From assembly GCA_034421015.1 (NCBI GenBank), contig DAOUKT010000003.1:5152-69151 (forward strand): DNA of 64,000 nucleotides. The letters are read 5' to 3'. Shown here piece by piece: positions 9,812-18,016 of the stretch. Position 1 is the first letter of the stretch. Every line of letters starts with the position of its first letter. Below the pieces are notes generated by a model, which saw only the letters and a list, made by a program, of their open reading frames with translations, did no database searches and had not been told where the DNA came from. A program made the translations under genes and the position numbers. Source of the stretch: Dehalococcoidia bacterium. GTDB taxonomy: Bacteria; Chloroflexota; Dehalococcoidia; Lucifugimonadales; UBA2985.

Positions 9812-10525
9812 GTGAACCTCACGGAAGTCAAAGCCCTGACCTTTGACGTGTTTGGCACCGTGGTGGACTGGCGCGGCAGCGTCATCCGCGAGTGCCAGCA
9901 GCTTGGCAGGGCAAAGGGCATCGAAGTGGACTGGGCCGCGTTCGCCGACAGGTGGCGGGGCGGTTATGCCCCCGCAATGGCCCGGGTACGGAGCGGTGAG
10001 CTGCCCTGGACCAAGATTGACGTTCTGCATCGCAAGATACTGGACGGCCTGCTGGAGGAGTTTGGCATCACAGTCCTCAGCGAGAATGAGAAGGACCACT
10101 TGAACCGGGCGTGGCACAGGCTCGCGCCCTGGCCGGACTCCGTGGCCGGCCTGAGCCGCCTGCGCGAGCGCTACGTTGTTGCCACCCTGTCCAATGGCAA
10201 CGTGGCCCTGCTCACCAACATGGCCAAGCACGCAGCCTTGCCTTGGGACTGCATCCTCTCGGCTGAGCTGATGAGGCGCTACAAGCCGGACCCGGAGACT
10301 TACCTGGGCGCTGCCGACCTCCTGGGCCTGCGGCCGGAGGAGGTCATGATGGTGGCAGCCCACAAGAGAGATCTGAGGTCGGCGCAGGAGGTGGGCCTCA
10401 GGGCTGCCTTTGTCGCCAGGCCCCGTGAGTTCGGCCCGGACATCGACGTGGACACGACGCCCGAGCCGGATTTCGACGTAAACGCCTCGGACATCGGGGA
10501 CCTGGCTAGCAAGCTGGGCTGTTGA
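9812..10525 (+). CDS. haloacid dehalogenase type II (HAD superfamily hydrolase)
   Basis: ORF track (GTG start). Contains LTFDVFGTVVDW (HAD motif I) and ...LSNGN...YKPDPETY. Confidence 0.75.
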   Translation: MNLTEVKALTFDVFGTVVDWRGSVIRECQQLGRAKGIEVDWAAFADRWRGGYAPAMARVRSGELPWTKIDVLHRKILDGLLEEFGITVLSENEKDHLNRAWHRLAPWPDSVAGLSRLRERYVVATLSNGNVALLTNMAKHAALPWDCILSAELMRRYKPDPETYLGAADLLGLRPEEVMMVAAHKRDLRSAQEVGLRAAFVARPREFGPDIDVDTTPEPDFDVNASDIGDLASKLGC

Positions 10526-10582
10526 CCAGGCAGCGCGTTGACGTGGTTACCACCAGTACTCAAGGTAGCTTATGCGCGGAAA

Positions 10583-10611
10583 TTGACAGTCGCGAGCGCT
10601 TGTGATACTGT
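10583..10611 (+). promoter_or_regulatory. sigma70-like promoter TTGACA-17 nt-TACTGT for NYN gene copy 1
   Basis: Consensus -35 with 17-nt spacing. The same architecture (TTGACA-17-TAATCT) sits at the same distance upstream of the paralogue at 42039-42067. Confidence 0.45.
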
Positions 10612-10646
10612 CAGTTTACAACCCCTATCGCCTCGGCGTTAGGGTC

Positions 10647-10679
10647 GAGACCACCTTTTGAGGTGGTCTCTGTCTTTGT
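10647..10679 (+). terminator. terminator-like/attenuator hairpin in the 5' leader of NYN copy 1
   Basis: GAGACCACC-UUUUGA-GGUGGUCUC (9-bp stem) followed by UGUCUUUGU. It lies between the predicted promoter and the TTG start. The paralogous leader keeps the stem through a compensatory A-U to G-C change. Confidence 0.4.
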
Positions 10680-10692
10680 GAGTGAGCAACGG

Positions 10693-11322
10693 TTGATCAC
10701 TAATCTCTATATTGATGGGTTCAATCTCTACTACCGCGCCCTGCGCGGAACACCGTTCAAATGGCTGGATCTGAGTAAACTGGCTGTAGTCCTGTTTCCC
10801 GGGGATACCATTAACCGTATCTGCTATTTCACCGCCCTCCTTGAAGCTCGTCCTGACGATCCAAGCCAACCTCAAAGACAACAGGCCTACCTCAGAGCAC
10901 TTGCTACCCAGCCGGATGTTGCCATCTACTACGGAAACTTCCGGTCAGGCGTCAAGCGCCGACCACTGGCTCAGCCAGTGCCTGGCCTTCCCACATACGT
11001 GCAGGTAAGGGACTCAGAGGAGAAGGGTTCGGACGTAAACTTGGCTACTCAGCTTCTCGTAGACGGTTTCAACGGCGAATATCAGCAGGCGGTAGTTGTG
11101 TCCAACGACGCGGATTTCGCCGGAGCGATGAGATACGTGCGAGATTTCCTGGGCCATCGAGTAACCCTGGTCAATCCAGACCCTAGACACCCAAGCTCCA
11201 GAGACCTGGCGATGGCTGCAACATACGTAAGACGCCTCTGGAAAAGCCACTTGAGGGCGAGTCAGTTCCCGGAGACTCTCGCGGACTCAGTCGGTGTCAT
11301 CACGAAACCTGCAGGCTGGTGA
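10693..11322 (+). CDS. NYN-domain (LabA/DUF88-like, PIN-related) putative ribonuclease, copy 1
   Basis: ORF track 10663-11322. The start is probably TTG 10693 (LITNLYIDGFNLYY), which is shared with the paralogue. ...EEKGSDVNLATQLL...AVVVSNDADFAGAMRYV matches the NYN acidic-residue pattern. Confidence 0.7.
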   Translation: MITNLYIDGFNLYYRALRGTPFKWLDLSKLAVVLFPGDTINRICYFTALLEARPDDPSQPQRQQAYLRALATQPDVAIYYGNFRSGVKRRPLAQPVPGLPTYVQVRDSEEKGSDVNLATQLLVDGFNGEYQQAVVVSNDADFAGAMRYVRDFLGHRVTLVNPDPRHPSSRDLAMAATYVRRLWKSHLRASQFPETLADSVGVITKPAGW

Positions 11323-11383
11323 CTTCTCACGATCGAGCTTGGGCGGCGCCATCGACGAGAGAACCCTTCCGACGTAGGAGCTG

Positions 11384-12187
11384 CTAGTGTCGCGTGGCCC
11401 GGCCTTTGAGCGCCATGAAGGCAAGTCCCATGCTGACTACGCCTACCAGCAGCACCGCTCCGATGCCCCTCAGCAGCACCTCCGGCTCCCATCCGACGGT
11501 GATCAGCGACCTCAGCGCCTCCAGAAGGTAGGTGACAGGGTTGTAGTCGGCCACAGTCGCCAGCCAGTCCGTCATCGCCTCCTGGGGCAGGAACAGGGTT
11601 GTCATGAACAGGAACGGGAAGAACAGAAGGAAGGTCAGGTTGACGGCGGCGATGTTTCCGGTCTTCAGGGCAATTGCGTACGGAAACCCGGCAAATATGA
11701 GACCCCATAGACCGCCCATGAACATGAACGCAAGAATGCCAAGCACGCCCGTCTCGAATCGTATCCCCACGGCGTAGCCCATTATGACGGTGGGAATTGT
11801 GAGCGCAACCACCAGCACAAAGTCGGCCAGCATCAGCCCTATCAGGAGCGCCAGGCGGTTCACCGGCGATATGACCAGCCGGTCGAAGTATCCGCTCTGA
11901 ATGTCCAAGACTACCGTCGTCGCGCGGGAGATCCCGGTCACGGCGAACAGCACTGCAACCGGCAGCTGGAAGGCCTTGTAGTCCAGGCCGGGGATCTGCT
12001 CTGCGAAATCGGCAAGCGCGCCGATGTTCAGGAAGAAGAAGAAGGGTGGTATGACAAGCGCCGATATGGTTATCTCCGGGTCTCTGGCCACTGAGCGTGT
12101 GGCCCGCTCAGCGACGGAGATTATGTCCCGCAGGAATCCCGCCCTGCGGGCCCGGACCAGTGCGATTGTGGTTGCTTGGGATGCCAA
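11384..12187 (-). CDS. ABC-2 type transporter permease
   Basis: ORF track. Six hydrophobic segments, located downstream of the ABC ATPase on the same strand. Confidence 0.75.
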   Translation of the reverse strand: MASQATTIALVRARRAGFLRDIISVAERATRSVARDPEITISALVIPPFFFFLNIGALADFAEQIPGLDYKAFQLPVAVLFAVTGISRATTVVLDIQSGYFDRLVISPVNRLALLIGLMLADFVLVVALTIPTVIMGYAVGIRFETGVLGILAFMFMGGLWGLIFAGFPYAIALKTGNIAAVNLTFLLFFPFLFMTTLFLPQEAMTDWLATVADYNPVTYLLEALRSLITVGWEPEVLLRGIGAVLLVGVVSMGLAFMALKGRATRH

Positions 12188-12261
12188 TGCAGACTCCTTT
12201 GTAATGGTTTGACGCTGTTTTTGACGGCCTGGCTAGAAGGCGCTCAGGGCAGGCAGGCGCA

Positions 12262-13275
12262 TCAGGGCGCGGCTGTGTCGTCCTCTTCCGGCTGTTGCCA
12301 GTCGCCGGCGTCGCCCTGCAGCCGCTCGCCGGTCACCTGCAGAAACACGTCGTCCAGGGTGGGGGTGCGCAGGGTCAGCTCCTGGACGCCGATGCCGCTG
12401 TGGTCGAGGGCCAGGGCCACTGCGCTGACCAGCGCCGCGCCGTTGGCGACGCTCGCCGTGAGCTCGTTGCCGTGCACCTCGACTCTGTTCACGCGTCCGG
12501 TGCCTTTGACCGCTTCAACGGCGGCGTCCACGTCCCCATCCACCTTGGCAATGATCAGGTCGGACCCGCGAGCCCTCTTCAGCTCCGACGGGGTTCCCTG
12601 GGCGGCCAGCTCCCCGCGATTTATGATGCCGACCCTGTGCGCCAGGGCGTCGGCCTCCTCCAGGTACTGGGTTGTCAGGAAGATGGTGACGCCCAGCTTC
12701 GAGTTGATGTCCCGCACCTCCTGCCAGACGCGGGAGCGGCTGGCGGGGTCGAGTCCGGTGGTCGGCTCATCCAGGAAGAGCACCTCCGGGTTGTGGATCA
12801 GGGCGGCCGCCAGGTCCAGGCGGCGCTTCATGCCGCCGGAGTAGGTTCCTATCAGCCGGTCCATCGCAGCCCCGATGTCCACAAGGTTGGAGAGGTCGGC
12901 TATGCGCTGCTGCACCTGCCTGCGGGGGAGTCCGTAAAGCTGGCCCTGCAGCCGAAGGAGCTCCCGGCCCGTCTGCTTGGCGTCCAGGGCGGCGTCCTGA
13001 AGGGCCGCGCCTATGCGCAGCCGCACCTCGTTCGGCTGGTTCACGGCATCATATCCCGCAACCTTTATGCGTCCCGCCGTGGGCGCAAGGAGGGTGATGA
13101 GCATCCTGATGACCGTGGTCTTGCCCGCGCCGTTGGGTCCCAGGAACCCGAATATCTCCCCCTTGTGCACGTTGAGGTCTACGCCGTTGACTGCCCTGAC
13201 CTCGCCAAAGTGGCGGACCAGGCCTTCAACGGCAATGGCGTAGTCGTTGTCAGATGTGACAGTCATAATTCGCAC
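12262..13275 (-). CDS. ABC transporter ATP-binding protein (DrrA-like exporter ATPase)
   Basis: ORF track. Walker A GPNGAGKTT, signature YSGGMKRRL, Walker B LFLDEPTTGLD. Confidence 0.85.
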   Translation of the reverse strand: MRIMTVTSDNDYAIAVEGLVRHFGEVRAVNGVDLNVHKGEIFGFLGPNGAGKTTVIRMLITLLAPTAGRIKVAGYDAVNQPNEVRLRIGAALQDAALDAKQTGRELLRLQGQLYGLPRRQVQQRIADLSNLVDIGAAMDRLIGTYSGGMKRRLDLAAALIHNPEVLFLDEPTTGLDPASRSRVWQEVRDINSKLGVTIFLTTQYLEEADALAHRVGIINRGELAAQGTPSELKRARGSDLIIAKVDGDVDAAVEAVKGTGRVNRVEVHGNELTASVANGAALVSAVALALDHSGIGVQELTLRTPTLDDVFLQVTGERLQGDAGDWQQPEEDDTAAP

Positions 13276-13388
13276 GTCGTCAGGGAGCAGCGAAACGGCA
13301 GTCGACCGTCCCGTTGTTCCCGGCCTTTAGGGTCTCTCAGATTTCTCGTTGCAGAGAGTGGGGCATACTATAGAGCCAGGGTCAGTCC

Positions 13389-14474
13389 CTAGTCAAACAT
13401 CAGGACGGTGCGGGCAACCTCCCCGGCCTTCATCGCGCGAAACGCCTCGTTCACGTCCTCCAGCCGGCCGCGGCGGGTGATCATCTCGTCCAGCAGCAGG
13501 CGGCCCTGGCGGTAGAAGTCGATAAGCCGCGGCATGTCCGTGCGGAACCGGTTGGAACCCATGCCGCTGCCCTGTATCTTCCGCTCGCTGAGGAACATCC
13601 GCCCCTCGATTTCCACCTTCTGGCCCTGGGGGATTATGCCGATGACCGTTGCGGTGCCGCCAGGCGTCAGGGAGTAGAAGCACTGCTCGGCGGCGGTCTT
13701 GGATCCAATGGCTTCGAAGGAGTAGTCCACTCCGCCGCCCGTCATGTTCTGGATAGTCTCCACCGGGTCCTGTGACGAGGCGTCAACTACGTGGGTCGCG
13801 CCCACATCCAGGGCGTACTTGAGCTTCGGCTCCACTACGTCTACGGCGATGATCTGCCGGGCTCCGGCGATGCGCGCGCCCTGGACGGCCGAGAGGCCGA
13901 CGCCCCCCAGCCCAAAGACGGCGACGGTGGTTCCGGGTTCGATCTTGGCCGTGTTGATGACGGCCCCCACTCCCGTTATTACGCCGCAGCCGATGAGGGC
14001 TGCGCAGTCCAGCGGCATATCGTCGTCTATCTTGACCAGGGCGTTCTCGTGGACCAGCATCCGCTCTGCGAAGCTGGACAGGTTGAAGACCTGGTTGATG
14101 GGCGTCCCGCTTCCGGCGTAGCTGAGGCGCGGCGGGTCCGACTCCGTGCGGCGGGGTCGCTGGGAGCACCGGTTGGGATGGCCCGTCAGGCACTGGTGGC
14201 AGGTCCCGCAGAAGACGGACAGGCACCCTATAACGTGGTCGCCCGGCTTGAGGTAGGTGACTTGGTCGCCAACCGCTTCCACAATGCCGGCAGTCTCGTG
14301 GCCCAGTATGGCCGGGGGTGTCGTATTGGAGACGCCGTCCAGATAGTGGAGGTCGCTGTGGCAGACGCCACTGGCGGCTGTGCGCACCACGACCTCCCTT
14401 GGCATAACCTTGTCGATGTTGACCTCTTCAATGGTCAAAGGGGTGTGCGCTGCGTTGAAAACTGCCGCCTTCAT
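13389..14474 (-). CDS. zinc-dependent alcohol dehydrogenase (MDR family)
   Basis: ORF track. Contains GVCHSDLH, GHETAGIVEAVG, a C-x2-C-x2-C-x7-C structural zinc site and a GLGGVG Rossmann motif. Confidence 0.85.
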   Translation of the reverse strand: MKAAVFNAAHTPLTIEEVNIDKVMPREVVVRTAASGVCHSDLHYLDGVSNTTPPAILGHETAGIVEAVGDQVTYLKPGDHVIGCLSVFCGTCHQCLTGHPNRCSQRPRRTESDPPRLSYAGSGTPINQVFNLSSFAERMLVHENALVKIDDDMPLDCAALIGCGVITGVGAVINTAKIEPGTTVAVFGLGGVGLSAVQGARIAGARQIIAVDVVEPKLKYALDVGATHVVDASSQDPVETIQNMTGGGVDYSFEAIGSKTAAEQCFYSLTPGGTATVIGIIPQGQKVEIEGRMFLSERKIQGSGMGSNRFRTDMPRLIDFYRQGRLLLDEMITRRGRLEDVNEAFRAMKAGEVARTVLMFD

Positions 14475-14506
14475 AACGATTCTCTCCTCAAAGTGACTTG
14501 GCGGTC

Positions 14507-14515
14507 ATTATAGCA
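14507..14515 (-). promoter_or_regulatory. extended -10 promoter TGCTATAAT upstream of the ADH gene
   Basis: Minus-strand reading is GCGTGCTATAATGACC, 33 nt upstream of ATG 14474. Confidence 0.45.
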
Positions 14516-14541
14516 CGCAACTTAGGAGATTCCGCCAGTGG

Positions 14542-15867
14542 CTATCTGGCGCTGGAGGCAAGCTCCTGCCCCTTGTCGCCGGCCTTCGCCGGTGGCTTGG
14601 GGGGCGCGGCCGTGAGCATCAGGAGGCCGCACAGAATCCACGCGGTCCCGTAGACCACAAACGCGAGGTCGTAGGTCCCGTAGCGGTCCCAGATGAAGCC
14701 GCCCAGTAAGGGGCTGGAGGCGCCGACCACATTGCCTATTGGGGTCACGAACCCCCGGATGGCTCCCTGGTGCTGGCGCCCGAAGTAGGACGCCCAGGCC
14801 AGGTTGTTGATGGTGGGCCATCCCCCCATTGTGAGGCCGAAGAACACCGCGTACACGTAGAGCATGGTGAGGCTCTCGGCGATGATGAGGGAGTAGAGCG
14901 AGAAGCCGGCAGGTATGACGCACATTGGGATGACCCATCGGATGTGGATGCGCTCCGAAGTAAGCCCCCAGATGGGCTTTGCGAGAATGGCGAAGAAGGC
15001 CACCGTCGCCGCCACTGCCGTAGCCGTAGCAAGGTTGAAGCCCTTGTCCTGGAAATATGCCACCTGGTGGAAGATGACGGGCATCAGCCCCATGCTGCCG
15101 AAGGACTGGACCAGGAGCATTATCCACAGCGTCCGCGTTCTGAAGGCCTCCTTGACTGTCCAGGGGTACTCGGTCGCGCCCTGGCCTCCCGGGCCGCCGG
15201 CTCCGCCACCTGCTTTATCTGGCGAGTCCCCGTCCGGCAGGAGGCCGATGTCCTCCGGCTGGCGTCGCATGAATAGGGCGGCCATCGGCGTGATCGCCAG
15301 CATCAGGAACATGCCGAGCAGCACCCAGGCCGTCCGCCACCCGAACTCGCCCACGAACCAGCCCGCCATCGGCGCTATGATGAAGCCGCCGGTGGATATG
15401 CCCATTGTCCCTATCGCCATTGCCCTGCCGCGTTTCCTGATGAACCACTTGGAGATTACGGCCGGTCCCACCAGCTGACCGCCCATTGTGAACATCGCCA
15501 GGCCGAATATCACGCCGTACAGGAGGTAGAAGTGCCACAGCTCCTGCACCAGGGACGTGGACATGAGCACAATCCCGGAGAGGATGCTGCCTACGGTTAT
15601 CAGGATTCTGGGGCCGTGTTTCCTGTCTACCAGCAGGCCCAGGAATGGCAGGAGCGGGAGCAGGGCTACGCGAAAGACGGCGATGGCCGAGAACTCCGTT
15701 CGGGAGATGCCCAGGTCCTCGCTCATGGGGACAATGAAGAAGGAGAGGCCGTAGCCGCTGATGCCGGCCGTGGTCATAGCGGTGCTGAAGGTTATGAGGA
15801 CAATGATCCAGCCGTAGAAGAACCGCTTGCCTATCAGACTCTGCGCTAACCTGTCGGGACTTGCCAT
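14542..15867 (-). CDS. MFS transporter
   Basis: ORF track. About 12 hydrophobic helices with a central Gly/Pro-rich cytoplasmic loop. Confidence 0.8.
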   Translation of the reverse strand: MASPDRLAQSLIGKRFFYGWIIVLITFSTAMTTAGISGYGLSFFIVPMSEDLGISRTEFSAIAVFRVALLPLLPFLGLLVDRKHGPRILITVGSILSGIVLMSTSLVQELWHFYLLYGVIFGLAMFTMGGQLVGPAVISKWFIRKRGRAMAIGTMGISTGGFIIAPMAGWFVGEFGWRTAWVLLGMFLMLAITPMAALFMRRQPEDIGLLPDGDSPDKAGGGAGGPGGQGATEYPWTVKEAFRTRTLWIMLLVQSFGSMGLMPVIFHQVAYFQDKGFNLATATAVAATVAFFAILAKPIWGLTSERIHIRWVIPMCVIPAGFSLYSLIIAESLTMLYVYAVFFGLTMGGWPTINNLAWASYFGRQHQGAIRGFVTPIGNVVGASSPLLGGFIWDRYGTYDLAFVVYGTAWILCGLLMLTAAPPKPPAKAGDKGQELASSAR

Positions 15868-15954
15868 GGCACCTCACTGCCGTGATGAATGAGCCAATGA
15901 TACGCCAACGGCATGGGGCATGGAAGGGGCGGCGAAGGGGCTAGGCGAAGCCGT

Positions 15955-17766
15955 CTAGCTGCTCAGCTGTCCCAGGATGCTGGAGACTGAAGCGTGATCG
16001 TAGTTCTGACTGGCGACGTACTTCCATGTAATCACGCCGTCGGTGTTCACAATGAATGTCGCCGGCGCTGCGAGGCCGTCGCCGAGGAGGTTGAAAACTC
16101 CGTACGTCCGGGGCACCTGGGTCGAGGTGTCATACAGTACAGGGAAAGGGATGCCAAGCTGCTCCACAACTCCTGAGGCCCCACTAAGGTCGTCAACGCT
16201 GACGGCAGCCACTTCAGCGTTGAGGGCGGTTATGTCGCTGTATCTGCTTGTCAGCTCAACGAGCTGAGAGCGGCAGAATGTTCACCAGAAAGCTCTATAG
16301 AAGACCACGACCACCTGCTTGTCACCCCTGAAGGACTCCAGGGCGATGTCCACGCCTTCCGAGGACGGCAGCGTGAAGCCCGGGGCGAGCTCTCCTACGG
16401 CGGTGCCCACCGTAGGGGCGGGCGTCGGGGTAGGTGTGGGCGTCGGAGCGACGGTAGGCGTGGGTGGTGGCGTTGGAGTAGGAGTAGGAGTAGGAGGTGC
16501 AGTCGGTATCGGAAGTGCCGTTGGCGGCGCTAAAGTAGGTGTTGGTGTGGGCATTACATCAGCGGTAGGAAGAGAGACGTGTGTAGACAGCGCCGATAGC
16601 TGGGCCTGAATCTCCGAGAAGGGAGGCATGTCGCCAATGGCTCCGGCAACGTACTTCCACGTTATGACTCCCTGCTTGTCTACAATGAAGGTTGAAGGTG
16701 TACCGAGGCCGTCGTCCAGAAGGTCAAAGACCTCGTAGGACTGGGTCACGACAGTCGAGGGGTCGTACAGGATGGGGAAGGGGAATCCCAACTGCTCAAC
16801 CACCTTGGAGGCAGCCTCCAGGTCATCCACGCTTATCGCGAGGACCTCGGCGTCCAGCGCCTCTATTGTGTCGTAGTTCCTTGTCAGCTCAACGAGCTGG
16901 TCCCGGCAGTGGGTTCACCAGAAGGCCCGGTAGAAGGCCAAAACTACGTTCTTTTCGCCCCTGTAGGACTCCAGGGACTGGTCCATCCCGGCGGTGGACG
17001 GCAGCGTGAAGCCGGGCGCCAGGTCTCCAACGTCTGTGCCTACCACAAGGTCAGGCGTCGGAGTGGCCGCCGGCTCCGGCGTGGTGACCATCTCGACCGA
17101 CTGCAATCCGGCCAGCTGCTCCTTGACGGTGGACAGCTCCGGCCGGTCGCCGGCTCTGTCGCCAATGTACTTCCACCTGATAGTCCCCTCGGTGTCGATG
17201 ATGAACACGGAGGGGGCTGCGAGGTCATCGTCCAGGAGGTTGTACACCTGGTAGGACTGCGTCACCTCCGTTGAAGTGTCGTACAGGACTGGGAAGGTGA
17301 CCTGCCACTCTTGCACCACGGTGACGGCGTCCAGGAGGTCGTTGACGCTGACGGCCAGGACCTCTGCGTTGAGCGCCCTGATGTCCTCGTGGGCCTCTGT
17401 CAGCTCAACGAGCTGATCGTGGCAGAATCCTCAGAAGGAGCCTCTGTAGTAGACCAGGACAACGTTCCTGTCGCCACGGTAGGACTCCAGGGACACGTCC
17501 GTGCCGGAGGCTGAGGGCAGGGTGAAGCCGGGCGCCGCGTCGCCTACTTCTGCGCTGGGCTGCATATCCGGTTCGGGCGTAGAGGCGGGAGCCCGGGTTA
17601 CGGTGGCCGCGGGAGTTTCGCCGGAAACCGGCAATGGAGCGGGCGTCGCCGTTGGCGCAGTGGTCGCGGTCGGGATAGTGGTTGGCGTGGGTTCCTCGGA
17701 GCCGCACGCGACCGCCGTCGCGATCGCGATGGCGCTTATCACCAGTAGCAGGGCTGCTCTGCGCAT
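15955..17766 (-). CDS. exported three-domain PRX_like2/AhpC-TSA-type thioredoxin-fold protein with three in-frame UGA codons read as selenocysteine (UxxC x3)
   Basis: Four same-frame ORFs (17431-17799, 16915-17319, 16282-16830, 15955-16212) are separated only by the single TGA codons 17431-33, 16915-17 and 16282-84. I translated the gaps and found no other stops. The TGA context is YYRGSF-U-GFC, FYRAFW-U-THC and FYRAFW-U-TFC. The N-terminus is a signal peptide, [21 protein letters not shown], and Pro/Thr linkers separate the domains. The start is either ATG 17766 or GTG 17799. Confidence 0.7.
16249..16284 (-). other. UGA codon 3 plus candidate bacterial SECIS hairpin
   Basis: Same 18-nt CAGCUCGUUGAGCUGACA element starting 16 nt after the UGA. 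Confidence 0.55.
16882..16917 (-). other. UGA codon 2 plus candidate bacterial SECIS hairpin
   Basis: Same 18-nt CAGCUCGUUGAGCUGACA element starting 16 nt after the UGA. Confidence 0.55.
17398..17433 (-). other. UGA codon 1 plus candidate bacterial SECIS hairpin
   Basis: UGA is followed by 15 nt and then CAGCUC-GUU-GAGCUG-ACA. The 18-nt element is identical in all three modules. Confidence 0.55.
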
Positions 17767-17938
17767 ACAGATATAGTAACCCAAACGTCGGGCAGTCACA
17801 ATGCCGCGCGTGCCTACATCGTTGTTCAGCTGATGCGCTAAACTGGGACTCGCAAGCGTATCCCGATGGCCGCGAGCGCGCCCGTCGGTGGATTGTCGTC
17901 AAAATAGAGGTTTCCGCGCTTGTGTTTGTTCAATTAAG

Positions 17939-17947
17939 TGATATACT
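17939..17947 (+). promoter_or_regulatory. extended -10 TGATATACT (with TTGTGT -35, 16-nt spacer) upstream of the acyl-CoA dehydrogenase gene
   Basis: Read directly from the sequence, about 70 nt upstream of ATG 18017. Confidence 0.35.
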
Positions 17948-18016
17948 ACGGGGCAGATGCTCTCAGGGTGGAGAAGAAAGAACAGGTGGAGAGTATTCGC
18001 AGAAAAGGAGGTTGAC

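Noticed and set aside
10621-10670. Possible tRNA-like fragment or att site in the NYN leader (TAGGGTCGAGACC resembles a T-arm)
   Set aside because: No cloverleaf can be drawn, there is no acceptor/anticodon arrangement, and the T-loop consensus (GGTTCGAAT) is not met.
16380-16560. Short tandem GT/GG-rich repeats (also 5100-5350) as possible CRISPR or VNTR
   Set aside because: They are coding low-complexity Pro/Thr linkers seen on the opposite strand. There is no repeat-spacer periodicity.
15955-17799. Treating the four minus-strand ORFs as separate small genes or as a decayed pseudogene
   Set aside because: All four are in one frame. Each boundary is a single TGA at the catalytic CxxC position and splits a thioredoxin-fold domain in two. 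A conserved hairpin follows each TGA. Sec read-through explains this better than decay.
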